The notes below the pieces were generated by a model. It searched no databases and was not told the origin of the DNA. It saw nothing but the letters and a program-made list of their open reading frames with translations. The translations under genes were made by a program, and so were the position numbers. This document shows, one piece after another, positions 19,270-29,966 of a DNA stretch of 64,000 nt. This DNA comes from Faecousia sp. (GTDB lineage Bacteria > Bacillota > Clostridia > Oscillospirales > Oscillospiraceae), in NCBI GenBank assembly GCA_051867285.1, contig JBJDYL010000097.1:740-64739 (forward strand). The letters are read 5' to 3'. Position 1 is the stretch's first letter, and each line of letters begins with the position of its first letter.

Positions 19270-19505
19270 TTGTTTCTATGCCGAGTATATTCTCCATAGT
19301 TTGTGCGGTTTCCTTTTGCGCTGAGGTGGTCACATGGGCGTAGGCATCCAGTGTGAATCCCGCAGAAAAGTGACCCAGCATGCCGGAGACGGTCTTGATA
19401 TCTACACCATTTTGCAGGGCGATGGTCGCGAACGTATGTCTAAGTCGTGGAATCTGACTTTGGGAATCCCCGCCCGTTCCAGCACACGCTTCAGCATATG
19501 ATTCA
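19270..19505 (-). pseudogene. Tyrosine integrase C-terminal relic, frameshifted
   Basis: HMLKRVLERAGIPKVRFHDL in one frame and RHTFATIALQNGVDIKTVSGMLGHFSAGFTLDAYAHV in another; an apparent 1-nt deletion near 19441-19443. Confidence 0.85.
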
Positions 19506-19580
19506 GCCGCTGACACTGTCCGTACCGGAAGTGGCTGCGGTGCTGGGAATCTCCAGAGCGGGCGGGATTTATGGAGGGTG
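19504..19580 (+). pseudogene. Excisionase-like HTH fragment
   Basis: QPLTLSVPEVAAVLGISRA abuts the integrase relic on the opposite strand and has no clear start. Confidence 0.6.
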
Positions 19581-19820
19581 TGAAGGTTGGCATGCGGTTG
19601 GAGGCAGAATTGACAGAGGGAGAATGAGACAACATGCGGCTTGTTACCAGAGATATCCGTGGTGAGGTGTTTCCTATTGCCGACGTTGGCGTGAACTATT
19701 CCGCCCACAATCATGGAGACAGGCGCCGACAGATGCATTTCCTTTTTGACTCTCTTGCGTCACTCGCTTGACAGCACAAACGCCGTCCGGGATATCCAGG
19801 CGGCGTTTGGTCATTCTATC

Positions 19821-21002
19821 TTATTGTTTTCCCTCATTTGCGGCGGCTTCCCGCTGCCGGCAGATTTCTGCCCAGCTGGGGAGCTTGCTTAGTTTTTCTG
19901 CAAAGTCTTTCATAGCACCGGGGATGTCAATCTTCTGAGGACAGATTTGGGCGCACTTCCCGCATCCGATGCAGGCCGTGGGCTTTTTCTCTTCCGGCAT
20001 GAACTCAATTCGCATGGCAACGTTCACGGCTGGAGAAAACCGCAATTCGTTGTAGGCGCTGATCAGCCCGGGAATATCCAGTCCCATGGGGCAGCCGTCG
20101 CAGCAGTAGCGGCAGGCAGTGCAGGGAATGGAGTCCTTCATCCCCTCAGCGATATCCAGCAGCAGAGCAGTTTCTCCGGCAGAAAGGGGCTTAGGTGCGG
20201 AAAAGGTTTTTACATTGTCCTGCATCTGCTCCATATTGGACATGCCGCTGAGAACCATCTTCACGTTGAGCAGTCCTTGCAGGAAACGGAAGCCCCAGGC
20301 GGCAGTGGATTCGTCGGGACGTATCACTTTCAGCTTTGCTTCGTCGGTGCCATCCAGCTTTGCCAGTCTGCCGCCCCGAACAGGCTCCATGACCCAGACC
20401 GGGATGCCCCGTTCGCTGAGCAATTCGTATTTCCCTTTGGCATCCTGCAAGGTCCAGTCCAGATAATTCAGCTGAATTTGGCAGAACTCCATATCCTCCC
20501 CGCAGGCGTCCAGAAACGCTTTCAGTCCTCTGGTTTCCGCGTGACAGGAAAAGCCCAGGTGTTTGATGCGTCCCAGCCGTCTCTGTTCCTTGAAGTAATC
20601 CACAATGCCCCACCGGGGGTCCAGGTATGTCTCCATGGACTTTTCATAAACATTGTGCAGCAGATAAAAATCGAAATACTCCACACCGCACTTCTGCAGC
20701 TGTTCCTCAAAAATCTCGGCAGGATTGTAACCGCTGCTGAGAATCTGGTGACCGGGATATTTGGTAGCGAGATAGTAGCTCTCACGGGGATATTCCTTAA
20801 GGACTCTGCCAATGACACGTTCGGACTCGCCGTTGTGATAGGGATAGGCTGTGTCAAAATAGTTCACGCCATGCCCGATGGCATAGGCAACCATTTCTTT
20901 GACCTGGGCTTCATCAATGGTTCCGTCCGTCCGTGTGGGCAGGCGCATGGTGCCGAAGCCCAACAGGCTGAGCTGGTTATCCCCAAATTGGCTGTAAATC
21001 AT
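19821..21002 (-). CDS. Aldo/keto reductase with C-terminal 4Fe-4S dicluster
   Basis: LGFGTMRLP, NYFDTAYPY, YLATK, YLLHN; CTACRYCCDGCP and CIGCGKCAQICP. Confidence 0.92.
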   Translation of the reverse strand: MIYSQFGDNQLSLLGFGTMRLPTRTDGTIDEAQVKEMVAYAIGHGVNYFDTAYPYHNGESERVIGRVLKEYPRESYYLATKYPGHQILSSGYNPAEIFEEQLQKCGVEYFDFYLLHNVYEKSMETYLDPRWGIVDYFKEQRRLGRIKHLGFSCHAETRGLKAFLDACGEDMEFCQIQLNYLDWTLQDAKGKYELLSERGIPVWVMEPVRGGRLAKLDGTDEAKLKVIRPDESTAAWGFRFLQGLLNVKMVLSGMSNMEQMQDNVKTFSAPKPLSAGETALLLDIAEGMKDSIPCTACRYCCDGCPMGLDIPGLISAYNELRFSPAVNVAMRIEFMPEEKKPTACIGCGKCAQICPQKIDIPGAMKDFAEKLSKLPSWAEICRQREAAANEGKQ

Positions 21003-21004
21003 GG

Positions 21005-21538
21005 TTACACCCCTTTGCCCATGTCATAGGCCTGCTGCATATAGACGGTGTTCTTCACGTCGCCAGCTTCATAGACACCCTTGCCATAGAGGACGCCTTT
21101 TTCTACGGAGCCATTGAGACAGGCGGCGAAGCCCCGGAAACACTCCAGTGTACAGTCCATGACGGTATCCGAATCCTCGGCTGCGGTCATGATGTAATAG
21201 AATTCCTTGTTCTCCAGCTTTGTCCACTGGGCCAGGGTCCGGTCAATCAGCGCTTTCATCTGGGCGTCAATGGAATAGAAATATACAGGGCTTGCCATGA
21301 CGATCACATCCGCCCAGTGCATCTTCTCCAGAACCTTCGCCATGTCGTCCTTAATGACGCATTTCCCGGTCTTGCGGCAGCCGTAGCAGGCATTGCAGTA
21401 ACCGATTTTCTGATCCCGGACAAAAATCTTTTCCACCGCATTTCCGGCCTGCGCTGCACCTGCGCCAAATGCATCGCAAAGCAAATCCGAATTGCCGCTC
21501 CGTCTGGGGCTGCCGGAAAGAATCAATATCTTCTTCAT
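21005..21538 (-). CDS. Flavodoxin family / iron-sulfur flavoprotein (NADPH-dependent FMN reductase fold)
   Basis: GSPRRSGNS, CNACYGC...C, ASPVYF. Confidence 0.9.
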   Translation of the reverse strand: MKKILILSGSPRRSGNSDLLCDAFGAGAAQAGNAVEKIFVRDQKIGYCNACYGCRKTGKCVIKDDMAKVLEKMHWADVIVMASPVYFYSIDAQMKALIDRTLAQWTKLENKEFYYIMTAAEDSDTVMDCTLECFRGFAACLNGSVEKGVLYGKGVYEAGDVKNTVYMQQAYDMGKGV

Positions 21539-21586
21539 TATAAAACACTCCTTCTTGCCTGATCTGTCAGGTTATGGTATGATATC

Positions 21587-21617
21587 AGTGTACCATCCGG
21601 TAGTTGCTACCGGTCAA
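21587..21617 (-). promoter_or_regulatory. MerR-type promoter with 19-bp spacer and dyad operator
   Basis: Minus strand TTGACC-19 bp-TACACT; dyad CCGGTAG-TTG-CTACCGG at 21597-21613; divergent from a merR-family gene. Confidence 0.8.
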
Positions 21618-21649
21618 GAGCGAATTTTACCAAAATTGGAAGTGTTGCT

Positions 21650-22048
21650 ATGTACACAATGAAAGAAACCTGCCAAAAGACCGGCCTGGCTTATGAGACG
21701 CTAAAATTCTACTGCAATCAGGGTCTTGTCCCCAATGTGAAACGGGACAGCCAGAACCACCGGGTATTCGACGACCGGGATATTGCGTGGATCAACAGTC
21801 TGACCTGCCTGAAAAACTGCAACATGGGCATTGCAGAAATGAAGGAATACCTTGCCCTCTGTCTGAAAGGCGAGGAAACCATCCCCCAGCGCAAGGCGAT
21901 TCTGGAGAACAAACGCCGGGCGTTAGAAGTGGAACGCAGGCGCATAGAGGATGCCATTGCCTACATCAGCTGGAAGCAGGGCTTCTACGATGACGTACTC
22001 TCCGGAAAAACCAAATACTTCAGCAATCTGATTGACACACAGGACTGA
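21650..22048 (+). CDS. MerR family transcriptional regulator
   Basis: YTMKETCQKTGLAYETLKFYCNQGLVPNVKRDSQNHRVFDD. Confidence 0.92.
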   Translation: MYTMKETCQKTGLAYETLKFYCNQGLVPNVKRDSQNHRVFDDRDIAWINSLTCLKNCNMGIAEMKEYLALCLKGEETIPQRKAILENKRRALEVERRRIEDAIAYISWKQGFYDDVLSGKTKYFSNLIDTQD

Positions 22049-22121
22049 GAATGGAAACGTGAAATAGGATAATCCACTGCTTTCGACTTTCCGGATGCCA
22101 GCTCAAATTACAGCGGATTGC

Positions 22122-22158
22122 AAAGCCCCCGGTATTCACGAGGAATACCGGGGGTTTT
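22122..22158. terminator. Terminator between convergent genes
   Basis: AAAGCCCCCGGTATTC-ACGAG-GAATACCGGGGGTTTT. Confidence 0.7.
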
Positions 22159-22308
22159 ACGCTAAATCTCAAAGTGGAAATGGGAACAGTCATTTGAAAA
22201 ACGACTTTGAAGCAGCCGCAAAACGGCATATTCCCTGTTTTCCTAGCGTCAGGGTCAGTTTCCTTTGATATCGTGTGGCGCTGAAACAACCGCCACGCAG
22301 CAGACCCA

Positions 22309-24102
22309 TTAAGGATGTGTTCTGCTCTCTTCCGGCTCTTCCGGGAAGGCGTACTGCGCTTTATAGCGGGCAAACCGCTCGGCGAAAGCCGCGCTTTCCT
22401 GAAGCTCGCCGGACTTCAGAGAATTTAAGTATTCATGCGCCTCCAGTTTTCCCTCAGAAACCTGAAGCATCTCCACCGCTACATTGGAGCAATGATCCGC
22501 TGTACGCTCAAAGGCGGTCAGCAGGTCCTCCAGCACAAAGCCGTATTCCACGCTGCACAGTCCGTCCCGCAGACGGCGGATATGCCGGGATTTGACCTCC
22601 CGCACCAGCGCGTCCACAACCTGCTCCTGGGGTTCCACCTTCCTGGCGAGATTCTGGTCAAAACTGCTGTAAGCTTCTACGGTACGGCTGAGAATGTCCG
22701 AAACCGCCCGCTCCAGGACGCCAAGCTCCGCCTTCGCCTGATCAGAAAAGTTGATCTTCTTCTCTTCCATCTCCAGCGCCGCCCGGCCTACGGCTACCGC
22801 GTGGTCGGCAATCCGCTCAATGTCGGAAACGGTGTAGAGCAGGGTGTTGAGAATCCGGTTGTCGGACACGGACAGACTGATGCCGGAGAGCTTTACAAGG
22901 TAGGTGCCCAGTGCGTCCTCATAGCGGTCAGTGCTGTCCTCCAGCGCGAGCACCTGATCCAGGGTTTTGCTGTCAAAGTCCCGGATCAGCCCCATAGCAA
23001 GGGACATGGCCTCAGCGGAATCCTCCGCCATCCGCACGGCAATTTCGTGGGCACGCTGAATGGCGACGGCAGGAGTGCCCAGCAGGCGCTCGTCCAGCAG
23101 CTCTGTTTTTTCTTCCTGCTTGTCATCGGGCACCGAAAGTGTTGCCAGCTTCACCAGCAAGCCGTTTAAGGGCAGCAGCACAGCGGTAGCCGCCACGTTG
23201 AAGGCTGTGTGAATGACCGCAATATTCATCTCGTTGCATGGATTATTCAGGAATTTCCACGGGAAGAACAGCCCAATGCCGTAAAACAGCACCACGAAAA
23301 TCAGGGTTCCCAGGATATTGAAATACAGGTGCACCATAGCAGTGCGGCGGGCGTTCTTATTGGCGCCGATGGCACCCATCATGGCGGTGACGCAGGTGCC
23401 GATGTTCTGCCCCAGAATCACAGGAATGGCGCAGCCGTAGGAAACCACACCGGTGGAGCACATGCTCTGCAAAATACCCACGGACGCCGACGAAGACTGA
23501 ATGACTGCCGTCAATGCTGCGCCCACCAGAATGCCAATGACGGGATTGGAGAAGGACACCATCAATTGGGCAAACCAGGCTTCCTCCTTCAGGAATTTCA
23601 TGGAGCTGCTCATCAGCTCCATACCGGTCATCAGCGCCATGAAGCCCAGCAGGATGCAGCCGATATTCTTCTTTTTCTCCGATTTCGTGAACATGTACAG
23701 GATGATGCCCACGGTTCCCAGCAGCGGGGAAAGCGTAGAGGGCTTAAACAGCTGAATCAGGAAGCTGTCCCCTTCCAGACCGCTTAAGGACAGAATCCAC
23801 GCCGTAACCGTAGTGCCCACGTTGCTGCCCATGATCACGCCCACGGCCTGCTTCAACGTCATAATACCGGAATTTACAAAGCCCACCACCATCACGGTAG
23901 TCGCCGATGAGGACTGGATGACCGCAGTGACCGCCAGACCCAGCAGAAACCCTTTGGGCACATTGGAACTCATTTTTGCCAGGATGGTCTGAAGTTTGCC
24001 GCCGGCAGTCCGTTCCAGAGATTTGCCCATAATGTCCATACCGAACAGGAACAGCGCCAGACCGCCTAAAAGAGAAACCAGCTTCAAAATATAAGTTGTC
24101 AT
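22309..24102 (-). CDS. Na+/Pi cotransporter with C-terminal PhoU-like domains
   Basis: Two QSSS motifs, GSNVGTT/GQNIGT; C-terminal ERIADHA and ERTADHCSN. Confidence 0.93.
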   Translation of the reverse strand: MTTYILKLVSLLGGLALFLFGMDIMGKSLERTAGGKLQTILAKMSSNVPKGFLLGLAVTAVIQSSSATTVMVVGFVNSGIMTLKQAVGVIMGSNVGTTVTAWILSLSGLEGDSFLIQLFKPSTLSPLLGTVGIILYMFTKSEKKKNIGCILLGFMALMTGMELMSSSMKFLKEEAWFAQLMVSFSNPVIGILVGAALTAVIQSSSASVGILQSMCSTGVVSYGCAIPVILGQNIGTCVTAMMGAIGANKNARRTAMVHLYFNILGTLIFVVLFYGIGLFFPWKFLNNPCNEMNIAVIHTAFNVAATAVLLPLNGLLVKLATLSVPDDKQEEKTELLDERLLGTPAVAIQRAHEIAVRMAEDSAEAMSLAMGLIRDFDSKTLDQVLALEDSTDRYEDALGTYLVKLSGISLSVSDNRILNTLLYTVSDIERIADHAVAVGRAALEMEEKKINFSDQAKAELGVLERAVSDILSRTVEAYSSFDQNLARKVEPQEQVVDALVREVKSRHIRRLRDGLCSVEYGFVLEDLLTAFERTADHCSNVAVEMLQVSEGKLEAHEYLNSLKSGELQESAAFAERFARYKAQYAFPEEPEESRTHP

Positions 24103-24151
24103 AGGTTCATTTGTCTCCTTCTCAGGAATTTTACACGACTGATCGAAATAT

Positions 24152-24217
24152 ATTATAAAACAGCAGGTTTCCGGAAGCCACGGTATTCACGCAAAACTTA
24201 GGTAAAATCTATGTAAA
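24152..24217 (-). promoter_or_regulatory. Promoter with Pho-box-like 11-bp periodic repeats
   Basis: -10 TATAAT (24152-24157); plus-strand CGCAAA/GGTAAA/TGTAAA at 24190, 24201, 24212. Confidence 0.6.
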
Positions 24218-24261
24218 GGAAAGCAGCCGCGTACAGGAAAAGGCGGTACGGGCTGCTTTTT

Positions 24262-25908
24262 TCAGAATGTGACAGTAATGGTTGTTCCCTTCCCGGGGGT
24301 GCTTTGCAGGAAAAGCTTGGCGTTATGGTACTGCACCGCGTGCTTGACGATGGACAGTCCCAGTCCGGTACCCCCAGAGGCCCTGGAGTGGCTCTTGTCC
24401 ACCCGATAGAACCGCTCGAATACCCGGCTCTGATGCTCCGGCGGAATTCCGATACCGGTGTCCGCCACCTTCAGGACAACGTGTCCGTTTTCCTTCGTGA
24501 CACGGACATCCACCCTGCCGCCCTCCACGTTGTACTTCACCGCATTGTTGCACAGGTTCTGGACGATCTCATAGACCAGTCCCCGAATGCCCCGGAACGT
24601 AAAGTGCTCCCCGGATATATGAATGGTGACGCCTTTCTCCTGGGCCGACACCTGAAGGCATTCCGCAACCTCCTGGACAATGGCAAACAGATCCACGTCC
24701 TCTTTGGGCATCTCCACGCCCTCGTCCAGATGGCTCAGACGAATCACATCTTCAATCAACTGCACCAGACGGGAAGCTTCCCGGCGAATATTGCCAATAA
24801 AACGGGGCACGTCCTCCGGCTTTACCAGACCGCTTTCCAGCAGCTCCGCGCTGCCCAGAATGGATTGCAGGGGCGTTTTCAGCTCGTGAGACACGTTGGC
24901 GGAAAATTCCCGGCGGTTCTGCTCCGCGTTTTCCACCTCTGTGATATCCACTGCCAAAATGACCAGTCCGATCACGTCTGTGCCGGATGTGATGCGGTTG
25001 AACAGGAACTGATAGATTCTCCCCTTCCTGCCGGCTTTCATTTCGTGCAGGCCGTCCCGGAATGCGGCCTCCACCGCAGCGGACATATCCGACCTGCGGT
25101 CTACGGTGCGGAAGGCGCAGCCGATGCAGTCGCTGTCCGCGTTGAACAGGATTCTCGCCGCCGGATTGATACTCAGCACAACGCCGTGCCGATCAAGCAG
25201 CACCAGTCCTTCCCGCATATTGGTGGTAATCTGTTCAAATTCGTCGGTTTTCTGCTGGAGCGTCCGCATCTGAGACGCGATTTTGTCGTGCTGCTGGTGG
25301 ATACGGCACAGCAGAGGCGACAGCTCTTCGTAGGTGTCGTTTTCCAATGGATGCTCCAGATCCAGATGGTTCAGAGGCTCCACAATCTTTCTGGCAGTTC
25401 GTTTCGCCAGGAATGCCGACAGAATCAGCGCCAGTGCTGCCACAACGCAGGCAGGGCACAGCATCCCCACCATCAGCGCCATCAGGGTCTGCTGGCTGAC
25501 GGAGATCCGCAGCACGCTTCCATCCGGCAGCCGTTTGGCCTCATAAATCCACCGCTGCAGCAGAGTATCTGACCGCCGTACTGCGCTGCCGGATCCACAG
25601 CGCAGCGCCTGCTGGATTTCCTCCCGCTGCAAGTGGTTTTCCATCTGCTTTGCATCGGCATGGGAATCATAGAGGACGCTGCCATCGGCCTGCACCCAGG
25701 TGACACGAAAGCGCTCTGACTCCACCTGATTCAGAAAATCGATGCCGCTTTGCTCCGTTCCGATGGCAGCCAGGCTTAGTTCGTCCTTTAACTGCGTCAC
25801 CTGCACATCGTTGGCGTAGCCATAAAATACACCTACCACAATGACAAGAGAGCACAAAAGAATCACCGCGGCGATCAACACGGTGGAACGAAAGATCCTA
25901 CTTGTCAT
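24262..25908 (-). CDS. phoR: PhoR-like sensor histidine kinase (PAS)
   Basis: FSANVSHELKTPL, NAVKYN, DTGIGI, FERFYRVDKS, GTGLGLSIVKH; lies in the pst operon. Confidence 0.92.
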   Translation of the reverse strand: MTSRIFRSTVLIAAVILLCSLVIVVGVFYGYANDVQVTQLKDELSLAAIGTEQSGIDFLNQVESERFRVTWVQADGSVLYDSHADAKQMENHLQREEIQQALRCGSGSAVRRSDTLLQRWIYEAKRLPDGSVLRISVSQQTLMALMVGMLCPACVVAALALILSAFLAKRTARKIVEPLNHLDLEHPLENDTYEELSPLLCRIHQQHDKIASQMRTLQQKTDEFEQITTNMREGLVLLDRHGVVLSINPAARILFNADSDCIGCAFRTVDRRSDMSAAVEAAFRDGLHEMKAGRKGRIYQFLFNRITSGTDVIGLVILAVDITEVENAEQNRREFSANVSHELKTPLQSILGSAELLESGLVKPEDVPRFIGNIRREASRLVQLIEDVIRLSHLDEGVEMPKEDVDLFAIVQEVAECLQVSAQEKGVTIHISGEHFTFRGIRGLVYEIVQNLCNNAVKYNVEGGRVDVRVTKENGHVVLKVADTGIGIPPEHQSRVFERFYRVDKSHSRASGGTGLGLSIVKHAVQYHNAKLFLQSTPGKGTTITVTF

Positions 25909-26578
25909 ATCCAGCCTCCAGGCGGTAACCGACTCCGCGAACCGTTTCAATCAAATGCCCGTAGCTGCCCAGCTTCTGCCGCAGGGTGCGGATATGCATA
26001 TCCACAGTACGGGTTTCCGCGACATAATCGGTATTCCAGATTTTTTGCAGCAGTTGTTCCCGGGTAAATGCCGCCCCTGGCTGGGAAAGGAAGAGCTTCA
26101 GCAGCTCGAATTCCTTGTAGGTCAGCGCAATCCGCTGCCCCGCCAGAGAAACCGTATGCTGCTCCAGATCCACCGTCAGTTCGTTCATCTGTAAAAGTCT
26201 GGTCGCCTGTTTCGGCTGGGTGCGGCGCAGAACCGCTTTGACCCTGGAAACCATCTCCATCATGCCAAAGGGTTTGGTGATATAATCGTCTGCACCCATA
26301 TCCAGAGAGCGCACTTTGTCAAATTCTGACCCCTTGGCAGTGGCCATAATGACAGGAAGATCCCGAAATCTTTCGCTTGCTTTTAACCGCGCCAGCAGTT
26401 CCAAACCGTCCATACCGGGCAGCATAACGTCCAACAGAACCAGATCCGGCTGCTTCTGCTGCAGGGCTTCCCAGAAAGCGCTGCCGTCTTCAAACCCGCA
26501 GGCTTCCAAACCCGTGGAATTCAGAGCGTATACTTCGATTTCCCGGATGCTGGGATCATCCTCCACGCACCAGATCAT
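25898..26578 (-). CDS. phoP: PhoP/PhoB-like OmpR-family response regulator
   Basis: VEDD, LDVMLP, GADDYITKPF, TRTVDMHIRTLRQKL. Confidence 0.9.
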   Translation of the reverse strand: MIWCVEDDPSIREIEVYALNSTGLEACGFEDGSAFWEALQQKQPDLVLLDVMLPGMDGLELLARLKASERFRDLPVIMATAKGSEFDKVRSLDMGADDYITKPFGMMEMVSRVKAVLRRTQPKQATRLLQMNELTVDLEQHTVSLAGQRIALTYKEFELLKLFLSQPGAAFTREQLLQKIWNTDYVAETRTVDMHIRTLRQKLGSYGHLIETVRGVGYRLEAGYDK

Positions 26579-27222
26579 TGACAGTCCTTATGGATTCCGG
26601 TTACAGAGAACTCCACCCATTCCGCGATATTGGTGCAGTGGTCGCCGATGCGCTCAAAATATTTGGCAATCATCAGCAGATCCAGGGCGTATTCTCCCTC
26701 GTTGGGATTGGCCGCGATGATGCCGAGAATGTCCTTCTTGACCTGATTGAAAAAGTTATCCACTACATCGTCGTAGTCCATGACGGCCTTTGCCAGACGC
26801 AAATCCTGCTTGACGTAGGCATTCACCGCCTCGGTGACCATGTATTGGGCAGCCTTTGCCATCTCCTGAATCTGGGGGTAACTTCCCTCCACGCCCTTTT
26901 CCATTTTGGGCACCAGATCCACAATATCCTCCGCCTGATCGCCGATGCGCTCCATGTCGGTGATCATTTTCATGGCGGCGCTGATCTGCCGCAGATCCTT
27001 GGCCACGGGCTGCTGCCGCAGCAGGAGCTTCAGGCAGGTGGTTTCGATGCTGCGCTCACTTTCGTCGATCACAGCGCCCACCTGCTTGGTTTTCTCTTCC
27101 AGTTCCGGGCTGTAGTCCGTCAAAGCCTTGGCGGCAAGGTCGATGATCTCCTCGCAGGCCGCTCCCATCTGAATCAACTCCTGATTCAGATTCCACAGCT
27201 GTTCCTGATACAGATTTCTCAT
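26575..27222 (-). CDS. phoU: Phosphate signalling protein PhoU
   Basis: QQPVAKDLR, DMERIGDQAEDI, ERIGDHCTNIAE. Confidence 0.95.
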   Translation of the reverse strand: MRNLYQEQLWNLNQELIQMGAACEEIIDLAAKALTDYSPELEEKTKQVGAVIDESERSIETTCLKLLLRQQPVAKDLRQISAAMKMITDMERIGDQAEDIVDLVPKMEKGVEGSYPQIQEMAKAAQYMVTEAVNAYVKQDLRLAKAVMDYDDVVDNFFNQVKKDILGIIAANPNEGEYALDLLMIAKYFERIGDHCTNIAEWVEFSVTGIHKDCQ

Positions 27223-27235
27223 GGTATTCCCTCCA

Positions 27236-27988
27236 TCAGCCAAATCGGCCTGTAATGTAATCCTCGGTGCGTTTGTCTTTCGGATTGGAGAACATCTCCT
27301 CCGTACTGCCGTACTCCACCAGATCGCCCAGCAGGAAGAATGCGGTCTGGTCGGAAATCCGGACGGCCTGCTGCATATTGTGGGTGACGATGACGATGGT
27401 GTACTTCTCCTTCAGCTCCATTGCCAGATCCTCAATCCGGGAGGTGGAAATGGGATCCAGGGCGGAGGTGGGTTCGTCCATCAGCAGCACCTCCGGCTCC
27501 ACCGCCAGGGCACGGGCGATGCACAGCCGCTGCTGCTGGCCACCGGACATGCCCAGGGCGTTCTTTTTCAGGCGATCCTTCACCTCGTCCCAGATGGCGG
27601 CACCCCGGAGGGCCTTCTCCACAATTTCGTCCAGTTTGGCCTTGTTTTTAATCCCATGGGTACGGGGGCCGTAGGCGATGTTGTCATAAATGCTCATAGG
27701 AAAGGGATTGGGCTTCTGAAACACCATGCCAACTTCTTTGCGCAGGTTATTGACCTCCGCTTCAAAAATATTCTCCCCATGATAGAGAACCTCCCCGGTG
27801 ATTTTCACACTGGGAATCAGGTCGTTCATCCGGTTCAGGGTTTTCAGGAAGGTGGACTTACCACAGCCCGAGGGACCGATGAGGGCGGTGATGGACTTTT
27901 CGGGGATCTCCAGGCTGATATTCTTCAGCGCCTGTGTTTGACCGTACCAAAGGTTCAGATCATTGACAGTAATAATCGGGTTGTTCAT
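27236..27988 (-). CDS. pstB: Phosphate ABC transporter ATPase
   Basis: [38 protein letters not shown]. Confidence 0.96.
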   Translation of the reverse strand: MNNPIITVNDLNLWYGQTQALKNISLEIPEKSITALIGPSGCGKSTFLKTLNRMNDLIPSVKITGEVLYHGENIFEAEVNNLRKEVGMVFQKPNPFPMSIYDNIAYGPRTHGIKNKAKLDEIVEKALRGAAIWDEVKDRLKKNALGMSGGQQQRLCIARALAVEPEVLLMDEPTSALDPISTSRIEDLAMELKEKYTIVIVTHNMQQAVRISDQTAFFLLGDLVEYGSTEEMFSNPKDKRTEDYITGRFG

Positions 27989-27998
27989 ACTATTTCTC

Positions 27999-28856
27999 CT
28001 ATGCTGCATTTTTCTTCTGGAAATGCTTTGTCACGGCGGATGCGGACAGATTGATGCCGAAGGCCAGCACCAGCAGAATCGACGCAATGCCGAAAGCCAC
28101 GCCGAATTCCCCCTGCTCTTTGGCGTAGACGTACAGGGCGACAGTCAGGGTTGCGCCGGCGCTTCCCAGCCCCTTGACCAGCCCGTTGAGGGCATGGGCA
28201 AAGCCAGCGGTGAACAGCAGCGCAGCAGATTCTCCCAGAATTCTGCCCACGCTCAGGATGCATCCGGTAATCACGCCGTCTACACAGCCCGGCAGCACCA
28301 CGGTGCGTACCACCCGCCATTTTCCTGCACCCAAGCCGAAGGCGCCTTCCCGATAGGACTGGGGCACGGTTTTCAGGCTCTCCTGGGTATTGCGCAGAAT
28401 GGTAGGCAGGTTCATAATCACCAGCGTCAGACCGCCTGCCATCAGACAGGTGCCGATGGAATTGGAGAAAATCAGCATGCCCACCAGGCCGTAGATGATG
28501 GAGGGGATGCCGCTGAGGGCTTCCGCAGCGTACTCAATGACGGCGACCACTTTTTTGTTGGACGCATACTCCGTCAGATACACCGCCGCGCCCACACCCA
28601 GGGGAATCACAATCACAAGGGTCACGAGCACGATGTACACCGTGTTGAGAATGTCCGGCAGGATCCCGATATTCCCGCTTAAGTAGCTGGGCTTAGTGCT
28701 GACAAATTCCCAGCTTAAATTGGGAATACCCTGAATCAGCACATAAGCCACAATAAAAAGAGTGAGTAACCCTGTCAGCGCCGTGGCGAGGTACATCCCG
28801 CCCCGGACGGTCCACAGAAACAGCCGGCGGCTGCCCGTAATTTTACCATTTCTCAT
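27999..28856 (-). CDS. pstA: Phosphate ABC transporter permease
   Basis: [28 protein letters not shown]. Confidence 0.94.
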   Translation of the reverse strand: MRNGKITGSRRLFLWTVRGGMYLATALTGLLTLFIVAYVLIQGIPNLSWEFVSTKPSYLSGNIGILPDILNTVYIVLVTLVIVIPLGVGAAVYLTEYASNKKVVAVIEYAAEALSGIPSIIYGLVGMLIFSNSIGTCLMAGGLTLVIMNLPTILRNTQESLKTVPQSYREGAFGLGAGKWRVVRTVVLPGCVDGVITGCILSVGRILGESAALLFTAGFAHALNGLVKGLGSAGATLTVALYVYAKEQGEFGVAFGIASILLVLAFGINLSASAVTKHFQKKNAA

Positions 28857-29725
28857 GCTTGCTTCTCTCCTTTCAGGAAGAAATTCAATGCCGCATTGAT
28901 GAGCATGATGAACAGGAACAGCACCAGCGCGATGGAAAACAGCGCCTGCCGCTGTAAGCCGCTTGAGTAGGACATTTCCGACGCCACGGCTGTGGTCAAA
29001 AACCGGACAGACTGGAACAGGGAATTGGGCATATTCGCCGCGTTGCCTGCCACCATCATCACCGCCATGGCCTCTCCGATGGCCCGGCCTACCCCCAGCA
29101 CCACAGCGGCGGCAATGCCGCTTTTCGCTGCCGGGACGGATACCCGGAACCAGGTCTCCTCCGGAGTGGCTCCCAGCGCCAGGGAGGCGTCCTCATACTC
29201 CTTGGGCACGGCCTCCAGCGCAGTGACGGACATTTTGATGATGGAGGGCAAAATCATAATCGCCAGCACCACGATTGCCGCCAATAGGCTTGCTCCATCC
29301 GGCACATGGAACAGCTTCCGGATGCCCGGCACCAGCACCATCATGCCCACCAGGCCATAGACCACGGAGGGAATCCCCGCCAGCATGGACACCGCCTGTC
29401 CCATGATCTCCTTTACCGTTTTCGGCGCCATTTTTGCCAGATACACAGCGGTGAGAAAGCCGATGGGCACACCAAGCAGAATGGCTCCGGCGGTGCCGTA
29501 CACACTGGTAAGAATAAAAGGGAGAATGCCGTATTTCGGCTCCGCCGCCGTGGAGGCCCAGGTATCCCCGAACAGGAATTCCACCAATCCGATCTGACGG
29601 ATGGCGGGAATGCCGGAAATCACCAGATACACGGTAATCAGCAGCACGCAGCCCACCGTCACCAGTCCCAGCAGCAGGAAAATGCCATGAACCACATTTT
29701 CCAGAATATTTTGTTTTGTTTTCAT
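28853..29725 (-). CDS. pstC: Phosphate ABC transporter permease
   Basis: YGILPFI, AGIPSVVYG, GRAIGEAMAV. Confidence 0.94.
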   Translation of the reverse strand: MKTKQNILENVVHGIFLLLGLVTVGCVLLITVYLVISGIPAIRQIGLVEFLFGDTWASTAAEPKYGILPFILTSVYGTAGAILLGVPIGFLTAVYLAKMAPKTVKEIMGQAVSMLAGIPSVVYGLVGMMVLVPGIRKLFHVPDGASLLAAIVVLAIMILPSIIKMSVTALEAVPKEYEDASLALGATPEETWFRVSVPAAKSGIAAAVVLGVGRAIGEAMAVMMVAGNAANMPNSLFQSVRFLTTAVASEMSYSSGLQRQALFSIALVLFLFIMLINAALNFFLKGEKQA

Positions 29726-29767
29726 AATACCTGCCTTTCCGATACGCCTGATTTTTGCTACACCGTT

Positions 29768-29822
29768 ATCATACTGCCGGTATGTAAAAAGCGAAATCCA
29801 GGCTTTGTAAAAAGCATGTCAA
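29768..29822 (-). promoter_or_regulatory. pstC promoter with Pho boxes
   Basis: -10 TATGAT (29768-29773); TTTACA/TTTACA/TTGACA at 29783, 29806, 29817. Confidence 0.75.
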
Positions 29823-29966
29823 ATAACAGGCGCTGTCATTGCCGGAGGCGGGAGAATTTGGCCGCTTGCCGGGAAATTGCTCCACCAGTGCAGGCTGTGG
29901 TTCTCCATAACAGGCTGTTTTCCAGAATGCAGAGGCCCCCTCTTTCGAGGGGGCCGTGGATCTTAC

